In this document: piece after piece, positions 46,201 to 54,471 of the stretch
How the letters are laid out: every line of letters starts with the position of its first letter
Numbering within the stretch: position 1 is the first letter of the stretch
NCBI GenBank assembly: GCA_000004985.1
Contig: GG738860.1
Length of the DNA: 64,000 nucleotides
Reading direction: 5' to 3' (one strand)
Source: Naegleria gruberi
Taxonomy: Eukaryota
Made by a program: the position numbers and the translations under genes
Notes under the pieces: model-generated
What the model saw: only the letters and a program-made list of their open reading frames with translations
The model's database searches: none
What the model was told of the DNA's origin: nothing

Positions 46201-47305
46201 TGATAAATTCCTTGTCATTGGCGAATCAACCAAGAGCTCTGGAACTTTAATTTCTAACGAAGGTGAATATTCATTCAAGGTTATTGCTACACTTGGCAGG
46301 TTGGAAATTTCCACTTCCTTTGAATTTATTGTCAAGTCCAATTTGGCTTCGCTCACTCTTGATTTCAACATTCCAAATATGCTCACTCAATCCTTTGAAA
46401 AACCTTTGGAATTTGAAGTTAAAGCCTCTGATCCAAGCTTCCCTAGTGATTTAACTGAGGGTGATTTATCACTCAATTGTTGGAATCAAGATAATCAATT
46501 GGTAGAAAAGTTGGTTGACACTGTTTTCAATCATACTATTACAGTCTCAAAACAACTCAATCCAGGGCAATATGTTTGTGAAGCAACATTCAAGAAGGAT
46601 TCCAGAGTTATTACCAAGTCAATTCAGGTTGTCCTTGTTGATGTCTCTTCATCAAATGTACTCACTGTTACTCTTAAATTGGAAGGTCAAAATCCAACTT
46701 GGGTAAATCCAACAAAAGATTTGACCATATCAGCTGATATCAAAGAATCTATTGGTCCAAATGTTGTGTATGATTGGAAATCTCCATTCCAACCAATGGA
46801 TACAACTGTCTCGAATCAATTAGTTATTCCATCCAGTCAATTAGCTCTTGGAAAGAGGTATAACATTTCTCTGATTGTTACAGATGGAAGTAAGAAGGGA
46901 TTTGGATTTATTTCCTTCAAGACCTATAGTCCTCCTTCAATGGGATCATTCTCTGTTTCTCCTCTCTTTGGTTACTCTCTCACAACCAATTTCATGCTAT
47001 CTGGTGGTGTTGATTGGATTTCTTTCAATCAAGATGTCTTGACATTTACATTCATTTATAGAAGTGTAGGTTCTTTGGCATGGAAATCATTGGCTGAAAG
47101 TTCTGTTCAAACATCTCTCAATACTACTCTCCCTTCAGGAACATGGGAAACTTCAGTTTCAGTTTCCGATTCATTCTTATCATACACAATCTATGATAAA
47201 CCAGTCATAGTCCAGGTGAATACTACAGATTTAACTGTTGCTCAATTGAATTATGTTGCCTCTAATCCAATTACTCCATCAGTCATTTCTTCATTGATTA
47301 GTTAT
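43232..47305 (+). CDS. Ectodomain of a receptor-like kinase: NHL-repeat beta-propeller, array of ~13 tenascin-type EGF-like modules (interrupted by a 172-N gap), REJ/PKD-like beta-rich region; 5' end lies in the gap
   Basis: The open frame starts right after the gap. NHL blades: SLYVKNGELYFADTYNSLVRKI, GIHLHTDGSIYIADTYNSKIRKL, GDMYISDYANNVIRKM, GLYYQESTQTLFFADSLNGRIRKL. A periodic ~60-aa Cys module follows: CDxPxCFG...N.S.VCSG.G.C..P..C.C...W.G..C..C..G..G..C. The frame continues after the N-run (44789..44960) through a Cys-poor beta-rich region with many N-glycosylation sites, up to 47305. Confidence 0.65.
44789..44960. other. Assembly gap (172 N) inside the EGF-repeat array
   Basis: N run within tandem near-identical EGF-module coding repeats, a likely assembly break in a repeat. 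Confidence 1.
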
Positions 47306-47328
47306 GTGAGCAGTGGTTCTTCTTCCAA

Positions 47329-49434
47329 GTGAAAGAACAATCAAAACAAATTGTCATGGATAGTATCAAGACATCTTTGACAAAGGAGACTCTTGACACT
47401 ACATTGACAGTTTCTTCATTGAAATCTGCCATTTCAGTTATTGATTCGGTGAGCTCAGTTGTTAATGTCTTTAGGGATAGTGAAAGTACTGTTGTTTTGG
47501 AATACTTTTCGACAGTATTACACAAGACAATATCCAATGGAATTCAAATGTCTTCTGATGATATTCAGCTATGTTTGAACTCTGCTACAAAATTTGAAGA
47601 ATTCTTCTTTGGATCAAAGAGACGAACTTCTCGTGCAGTATCTGATTCACTTGAAAAGATCACTCAGATTTATAATATTCTCACAGAAGTTCAGTTCAGA
47701 AAACTAAAGGAAGGCGAAGGCCCTTCAAGAATTTCAAGTTTATCATACTACTCGTATTGCAAATTTATGAAATCTGATTCGATTGCTCCATATTCTGATA
47801 CCATCACTCAAACTTCTCTTCAATTCTCCTTGTTGCAAGCCCTTAATACTTCAAGAGATACTTTGGGCGTTCCAGAGAATTCAATGGTATGCCTCAAGAT
47901 GTATTATGTTCAATCTTGGAGAAGTGTCATGCCAAGCTCTTATACTGTTGAGTTATCATTCTTGGATATTAAGCGTGATTATGCCTCTGTTTCAATTTCT
48001 AGTAGCCACAATATTGCAAAATTGACCATTCCAAGAATGAATACTGGAGTTGATAAGAAACAAACATGTTACCTTGTTGATACAATGAAAAAGGAAGAAT
48101 GCTCAATTTCCTCTACTAGTCCTCTTCAAATAGTTATTCAAACCACCAAGACTGGAAAATTCTTTGTTGGTTACTATGAAGATGCTGCAACGCCAATTGT
48201 TAATCCTTCCAATGGTGACGTTTCCCTCAGTGCTTTTATTGTCATATTTGCCATCATTCTTCCAATATTAGTTTGTGGTTGTATTTGTGCAGCACTTGCT
48301 ATTGTTTGTGGTTGTGCCTGTAAGAAATGGAAAGCTAGAGCAGCATTGAACAGCCATTCAATTCTCCGAAGTACTCAATCATTACCACTTCCAAATGAAC
48401 GATTGGATGTAACATTTGATGATATCAATGTCTATAATACTGGAATTAATAGTAGTCCTTTATTGCCACTCTATATTCAACCAAGTGAACTTAAACTCTT
48501 GTCGAAACTGGGAAGTGGTGGATATGGAAGTGTTCATAAGGCCTATTGGAAAGATCAACTTGTTGCTGTCAAGTCTACTCCAGTTCCAGATAACTCCAAG
48601 CAAATTGAAATTCCAAGAGAAGCTGCACTCATGTATTCATTGAAACATCCAAATATTGTTGAATGTTACGGTATTTCTATTAAGGGAAAGGAACAATTAA
48701 TTGTTATGGAATATGTTAATGGAAATTTGAATCAATTGATTGGGGATTTGTGTAGAAAATCTATCAAGATGGATTTGGATGAAAAGATTGAAATTTTACT
48801 TCAAATTGCCACTGGTATGAATTACTTGCATCAATTGAATCCTTCCATTGTTCACAGAGATTTGACTCCTGCTAATGTGTTATTTGATCCAAGAACAAAA
48901 GCTTGTAAGATTTGTGATTTTGGTCTCAGTAAGCCGCTCAACTTGGAAAATACTGAAACCAAGAATAGGAGTACCATATATTTCGTTCCTAACGAGCTTA
49001 TTTGTTGTACAGATCCAAATTTAACCAATAATCCACGTGCCATTGATGTTTACAGTTTCTCCATTCTTGCTTGGCAAGTAATCTTTGAAGACCATCCTTA
49101 TCTGTATATCAATAAGGAAAAACTCTTCTCCAACTCTAAATTCAAACACACTCCATATGTTGATGTGACCAATGACAACTTATTGGCAAGAGTTGCTACT
49201 GGATTGAGACCTGTCATTCCATTCAATGCTGATACAGTTTCTAAATGGACTCAAAAATTCATCAAATCCAAGTATGATAATGATTTGATAGCACTCTCAA
49301 TGATTGCCATAGCTCAACTCGTTCAAAATTGTTGGAACTTGAATCCTCATTTGAGACCCAACTTCCAAGATGTTAGTGATACATTACAAACATGCAAAAA
49401 TACTCTCTCCAGTAACCATCCTCTCTTAGTTTAA
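47329..49434 (+). CDS. Membrane-proximal ectodomain, transmembrane helix and TKL-type protein kinase domain; almost certainly the 3' continuation of the receptor gene at 43232..47305, joined across a 1-nt frame discontinuity near 47300..47330
   Basis: The reading frame has no ATG and opens at 47302 (the ORF track assumed a GTG start). It contains ~300 aa of extracellular sequence, a TM helix (AFIVIFAIILPILVCGCICAALAIVCGCAC followed by KKWK), and a kinase domain: LGSGGYGSVHKAYWKDQLVAVKS, HRDLTPANVLF, DFGLSKP, the activation segment, and ILAWQV...HPY. The stop is at 49432..49434. Confidence 0.7.
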   Translation: MKEQSKQIVMDSIKTSLTKETLDTTLTVSSLKSAISVIDSVSSVVNVFRDSESTVVLEYFSTVLHKTISNGIQMSSDDIQLCLNSATKFEEFFFGSKRRTSRAVSDSLEKITQIYNILTEVQFRKLKEGEGPSRISSLSYYSYCKFMKSDSIAPYSDTITQTSLQFSLLQALNTSRDTLGVPENSMVCLKMYYVQSWRSVMPSSYTVELSFLDIKRDYASVSISSSHNIAKLTIPRMNTGVDKKQTCYLVDTMKKEECSISSTSPLQIVIQTTKTGKFFVGYYEDAATPIVNPSNGDVSLSAFIVIFAIILPILVCGCICAALAIVCGCACKKWKARAALNSHSILRSTQSLPLPNERLDVTFDDINVYNTGINSSPLLPLYIQPSELKLLSKLGSGGYGSVHKAYWKDQLVAVKSTPVPDNSKQIEIPREAALMYSLKHPNIVECYGISIKGKEQLIVMEYVNGNLNQLIGDLCRKSIKMDLDEKIEILLQIATGMNYLHQLNPSIVHRDLTPANVLFDPRTKACKICDFGLSKPLNLENTETKNRSTIYFVPNELICCTDPNLTNNPRAIDVYSFSILAWQVIFEDHPYLYINKEKLFSNSKFKHTPYVDVTNDNLLARVATGLRPVIPFNADTVSKWTQKFIKSKYDNDLIALSMIAIAQLVQNCWNLNPHLRPNFQDVSDTLQTCKNTLSSNHPLLV

Positions 49435-49486
49435 CGCAACATTAATAAATTGTTACCAATAACAATTATAAAACAGTGGCAAAATT

Positions 49487-49560
49487 TGCCTCCCTTGGGA
49501 ATCGAACCCAAGACCTCTGTCTTACTAGGACAGCGCTACTGCCAACTGAGCTAGGAAGGC
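49487..49560 (-). tRNA. tRNA-Thr (anticodon AGU)
   Basis: Minus strand: GCCTTCC TA GCTC AGTTGGCAGT AGC G CTGTC CTAGTAA GACAG AGGTC TTGGG TTCGATT CCCAA GGGAGGC A. It has a perfect 5-bp anticodon stem, U33, AGT anticodon, A37, a canonical T-arm, and a 7-bp acceptor stem (one G-U). A TTTT run follows. Confidence 0.8.
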
Positions 49561-49632
49561 TCACGTTAGTTTTTGCAAAATGGCTTACATAGTTTCAAAA
49601 TTATCATTATATTGTGTTTATTTAAGGTTTGG

Positions 49633-51190
49633 TTAAAGATTCAATGAGTCTCTTATTGCTTTGTTTTGCTCTTTTAAAACTTCAAGAGATCCATCCATTG
49701 ACAAGAGCTCTTCATCTACATCCTTTGTCTTTTCAATATCCTTCTTTACCATTTTGTGCATGTCACTAGCAAACATTTTGGATAATCCTGCAACAATACC
49801 CTTTGGAACAGAACCTTTCATATCCATGAAATCAAAAATGTAATATCTGGTCGAGTTTGTTGTTTGTCTCTCAATAACAACAGCTGTGTAGAGCGACACT
49901 CGAATAAAATCCTTCTTGATTGGTGAGTCATCGTGAGCTGAAGGCTTTGAAATAATTACAAATCTATCAAATTCATCCGTTTCCTCATTATATTTATCAG
50001 GTATGATGGTTCTAGCCATGACAATTTCTCTCTTAGTGAATGGGAACCCAATCTATTAGTTTTAAGTTTTACAAATAGTATTATACATAGTAAACTTAAT
50101 CACCCAACCAAATTGAATTTTGAAAACTTACATCCAACTGATGGTAAATAATAGTATTAGGATATTCAATTCCCTTTTCATGATTAATCTTTAAATATTC
50201 CAATTGGAATTTTCTCTTATAGAATGAGTTAATCTTCTTTTCAAATGATTTCTTAAAAAATAGATTGAAAATACTCTTGTGATCTCCACTCATCAATCCA
50301 GTAAAACAAATCACTGGTAGGGCTTCTTCACCTAAATTCATATAATAATTATTAACACTGGTAAGTGTTTTGGTTCCAGTCTTTTCATCTGCCACTTTCC
50401 ACCTGTTGCTATCGTTCAATGTTGATATTAATTCTTTCAAAATTTCATAATCCTTTGGAGTGACATAGATTGAGGTATTATCAATTAGGGGTCTATCTTT
50501 ATCCTTGATGGGTGTACTCTTTGCTATTTCCTCTATAAAGCTATCACTATCACTCGAATCCTGTGAAATGCTACTGTCTGATCTATCCAATGCTTTTTTG
50601 GTCCCTAATTGTTCAAGTAATTGTGACGGAGAGTCCTTGTATTCTGGCTTTTTAGCTTCCTTCTTTAAAAAGGATTTAAATTGTTCAGATTCGGTAAATC
50701 TTGGAAAATTATCTTGTTTCAATTCGGAAAAGATGACGTTCTGAGCTTTTTGGAACAAGTCCGATGGACATTCTATTAATTCAACTGCTTTTCCTTCATT
50801 AAATTCTTGAGTTAAACTCCAAATCTTTAGAATATCTTTCCTAATGGTCATTGACAAGTTTAATTCATGTTTGGCACTCACAACAATAAAAGTATTCATA
50901 ATTTCCACAGCCATATCAAATCTATTCTTGTCCAATCTTGTTTTTTGATACTTTTCAACCATTTCATAAAACATGAAAGGATCTTCATTCAAATTATCCT
51001 TTAAAAACTTTCGGAAACAATCACGAGCACTTTCATGATCAAAAACTGCTTCAATATTGAATTTATATCGTTGAATGAGAGAATCGTCCAAACCAACTGT
51101 TGGTTTCTGCGGTTGGCCTGACAGGTTATTCAACATTTTTTTCTTATTAGTTTCGGATGAGATAACTATTGTCTTCCAACACAATACCAC
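49633..51190 (-). CDS. RGS-domain protein with C-terminal START-like domain, 2 exons (paralog B, inverted relative to 20838..22362)
   Basis: Exon 1 is 51190..50132 (ends ...YHQLD at a GTAAGT donor). The intron 50131..50053 has a TAG acceptor. Exon 2 is 50052..49633 (IGFPFTKREIVMARTIIPDKY...). The RGS core YKFNIEAVFDHESARDCFRKFLKDNLNEDPFMFYEMVEKYQKTRLDKNRFDMAVEIMNTFIVVSAKHELNLSMTIR is identical in protein to paralog A. Exon-2 START-like sequence: YYIFDFMDMKGSVPKGIVAGLSKMFASDMHKMVKK. Confidence 0.65.
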
Positions 51191-51378
51191 ATAGCTCTAA
51201 GATATTTATTACTCCATACTATTTTGATTGTGTTCGTTCTTCTATTAATATAACCATTGAAGGTTTGTATATCCGAGGCCCTAGCAGCAAGTCCTCTCCG
51301 TTGTCCGATTCCAACCAAGGCTTTCATTCACTGATCATCATCATTAAACATTAAATAATAATTAATAATAAATTATAA

Positions 51379-51642
51379 TTAATTAATCCATTCAAAATCG
51401 GAAGGAGGAGGTACATTATCATCATCTATATGATTTGTTAAATAGGAGGTTGTTACTGATGATGATGAATTGAATAATGTTTCTTCGGAAACGTCCTTTT
51501 TATTCTTTTTAGAACGATCATCATCAGAGTCTTGTCTTTTTCGCTTTTTAAAATCCTGATCATCGTGATCCGAGAGGTTAACCTGTTGTGAGTAGTGGTG
51601 GTAAAACATTGAGTTATTATTTGAGGTGTTGGTGGTGTTCAT
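51379..51642 (-). CDS. Hypothetical small charged protein (87 aa)
   Basis: Short ORF with low-complexity N/S-rich and KRKR/acidic segments. There is no supporting homology. It could be non-coding or an exon of an unresolved gene. Confidence 0.2.
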   Translation of the reverse strand: MNTTNTSNNNSMFYHHYSQQVNLSDHDDQDFKKRKRQDSDDDRSKKNKKDVSEETLFNSSSSVTTSYLTNHIDDDNVPPPSDFEWIN

Positions 51643-51980
51643 GATTTGTAGATGATTAGAGTATTTTTTTACAAATTCAAATTTATTTGATATTTTTGAA
51701 ATAGAGTTTCAATTCTTGTTGGCGGGAAACAATGATAATATCCAACACAGAGTACTTCAATTCTTGATCAAGTTTCTCCAGAGTTTAAAGATTGAGAATT
51801 TAATGTTGTGAAAAGTTGAAAGTTAAGTTTCGAATAAAAAAACATTTGATATCAAAGTTAGTCGAAAGTTCTTCCTTATTGGTCATGTGAAATTGATGTT
51901 TTGCTTTGAAATGTTTGTTTCCTTTTAACCACCAATCATCAAAAAAATTCATCATCCATTTACTCACTTTCGAATAAAAT

Positions 51981-53486
51981 ATGATGGAGGGACGAAACTT
52001 ATTCTCTCGATGTATTTCCATCTTTCTAATAGTTATTGGCATTTGTTGTTTGTTTGGAAGTGGCACTTTTGTGGAAGGAAAGTTTAGTTTCAAGTCAGCC
52101 ATTAGTAAAGTAAAGAATAGCGTTTCGAATAAAATTAAACAGGCAGAAAGAAAGATAAAGGATCGCATTCGTCAGGTCAAAGATGTATCTTTTGGCAAGT
52201 GGAAGAATATCAAACAGAAAGCTAAAAAGAAGTTATTCGATTCTGTTTCAAAGGTTTCTAACAAGTTGAAGAATAGGGCCAACAAGAAGAAACAATTGTT
52301 CATGAAATATTCCTCTAAAATTAAACAACAAGCAAAGAAATTGAAGGGAAAATACAAGAAACTCTCCAACAAATTGAAGAATAGCAAAATTGTAAAGAAA
52401 ATCAAAGAAAAATCACAGAAATTTAAAAAGAGCAAATTTGGACGAAAGATTTCTTCCAAGATTGAAACAACTAAACAAGCATTGAGAAAGGCAGGTAAGA
52501 AAATTGACAAAATCTTCTCTCCAATCAAGAAATCTCTAAAGAAAGTTTCTCAAAAGATTGCAAAGAAGGCATTGAAAGAATTAAACAAAATTGGAAAGAA
52601 AATTAGCGAAACTAAAGGTTGGAAAATCTTGAAAAAACAAGCAAAGAAACTTTTACATTGGAAGAGTGGTGCAAAGAATGACCAAACTAAAGGTGTTACC
52701 AAATTGGAAACTTTAAACGGAATGAATAGTAATCAAAAGGTCACACCCAAGTCATCAATCACTGCCAAATCAGTTGAATTGGCATCTGAATTCTCAAAAG
52801 CCAATGACAATGATGCAAAGAGTGAAGCATTATTGAAACAACAAGGTTACAAGCCAATTCTTGAAAAGGATCACAAAATTGAAAAGATTGCTTCTAAAGT
52901 TTGGTACAATGAAAAAGATAAGACCCTTGTAGTTTCGTATAGAGGAACTGATGTAAATTCTGTTGTGGATTGGGGAAATAACTTTGATATGAAGATGAAA
53001 CCTGCCTATTTCAATGGAAAATACGTTGGAAAAGTTCACTCTGGTTTCTATAAGCATTACATGAAAGATAGAAAGGAAATCAACAAGCTCATTAATCAAT
53101 ATCAAAAGGAAGGAAAAGTTTCCAAGATTGTTTTCACAGGACACAGTAAGGGAGGCGCACTGAGTGAACTTGCAGCCACCGATTACAAATTGAATCACAA
53201 GAATAATGCAGCCAAAATTGAATTAATTACATTTGGTAATCCAAGAGTTGGAGATAAGGAACACGCTCAAATAGTCAATAAGAATATTAAGGATTTCGTT
53301 CGTGTTGTCAATATGGTGGATAAGAATGGTAATGGACCAGCTCAGAAAGACATTGTTGCTCAAATGCCACCACAAGAATTAGGATTTGCTCATGCAGGAA
53401 ATGAAGTTCAAATTGAATGTGAACAAGGTGGATATGCTTCATGCCATGGATTGGATAATTATATGAAAAATTTGGATCCAAAATAA
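51981..53486 (+). CDS. Class-3 (fungal-type) lipase domain protein with signal peptide and ~200-aa lysine-rich repetitive N-terminal extension
   Basis: Signal peptide: LFSRCISIFLIVIGICCLFGSGTFVEG. A K-rich repeat region follows (KVKNSVSNKIKQAERKIKDRIRQVKD...KKLKGKYKKLSNKLKNSKIVKKIKEKSQKFKK...). Then a lipase_3 domain: VVSYRGTDVNSVVDWGNNFDMK, GKVHSGFYKHY, IVFTGHSKGGALSELAA (GHSxG nucleophile elbow), ITFGNPRVGD. Confidence 0.7.
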   Translation: MMEGRNLFSRCISIFLIVIGICCLFGSGTFVEGKFSFKSAISKVKNSVSNKIKQAERKIKDRIRQVKDVSFGKWKNIKQKAKKKLFDSVSKVSNKLKNRANKKKQLFMKYSSKIKQQAKKLKGKYKKLSNKLKNSKIVKKIKEKSQKFKKSKFGRKISSKIETTKQALRKAGKKIDKIFSPIKKSLKKVSQKIAKKALKELNKIGKKISETKGWKILKKQAKKLLHWKSGAKNDQTKGVTKLETLNGMNSNQKVTPKSSITAKSVELASEFSKANDNDAKSEALLKQQGYKPILEKDHKIEKIASKVWYNEKDKTLVVSYRGTDVNSVVDWGNNFDMKMKPAYFNGKYVGKVHSGFYKHYMKDRKEINKLINQYQKEGKVSKIVFTGHSKGGALSELAATDYKLNHKNNAAKIELITFGNPRVGDKEHAQIVNKNIKDFVRVVNMVDKNGNGPAQKDIVAQMPPQELGFAHAGNEVQIECEQGGYASCHGLDNYMKNLDPK

Positions 53487-54312
53487 ATGCAAACAAGTGA
53501 TATACTCCAACATAAAAACTTTGAAATATTTACATACATGTTGGCTGGTGGAATTTGTGAAGGCATTACAAGTTTGGGTTACTCCTCGAAATTTCAACAC
53601 CACCCCCATTTATCAAATCAAGAAATTCAATGATGAGGACAATATGAACAAATTGAGTCCTTTCATTATTCCAAATTGGTACTAATATTTCCAGTCTTCT
53701 ATCTCCATTTACTCCCTTTGAAGGTTGTTAAATTAATATCATATTCCAATAAGTGTTGTATTAGAAATATTGGGTCAATTGAAACTTACCTCTGTTTCTA
53801 GGCTTAAAATTGTATAGGCAGTGTCAATTTCGTCTTCATAGGAATTTTCCTCACTTCTGGTCGAGCTGACATCGCTGGACTTTTTCATCTTACTCTCATC
53901 CTCTTGAGATCTCTTTCTTTTAAGGTTATTTTCAATGGTTATGTCCTTCACCACTGCCTTGACAATTACATTAGTACGATGAAAACGTTAAAGAGTAGTA
54001 GGAATCTCAAATAATTCCTTGTAATAAATCCAAGGAATGTTGACATACCTTGCTTTGAATGATTCAAAATCTTGAAAGTCTGGAATAGGATATTGCCTCG
54101 AAGGTCCAAATGTTGTACATTCTGTTGTTCCAAATCGTCAAGTTTTCATTCATTTACCTGCAATGGGATTCAACCTTTACATCAATAAATTCACATTAAT
54201 TGAAAAGTTTAGGGTTATCACCTTAATAGAACATTGAGCTATTTCAGAATATTGAGCTATTTCTTTTTTTGGTATTAAGAGAAATATGAATACAATAAAA
54301 TGCAAAAGAACA

Positions 54313-54383
54313 GGGGGCGAGGGGGAATCGAACCCCCGGCCACAGCTTTGGAGGCTGCGATGTTACCATTACACCACCGCCCC
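54313..54383 (-). tRNA. tRNA-Trp (anticodon CCA)
   Basis: Minus strand: GGGGCGG TG GTGT AATGGTA ACAT C GCAGC CTCCAAA GCTGT GGCC GGGGG TTCGATT CCCCC TCGCCCC C. It has U33, CCA anticodon, A37, a perfect T-stem and a 7-bp acceptor stem. A TTTT run lies downstream. Confidence 0.8.
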
Positions 54384-54471
54384 TGTTATCTTAATCTGTA
54401 AGACTTACAATCCTAACAATTAGCTTATCCCGTATTAGCACATAATAAAAGACCACATCTCAGTTCCATTC

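Noticed and set aside
52172-53198. Minus-strand ORFs antisense to the lipase gene
   Set aside because: Antisense to the Lys-rich AAG/AAA-repeat coding region. No start context or domains.
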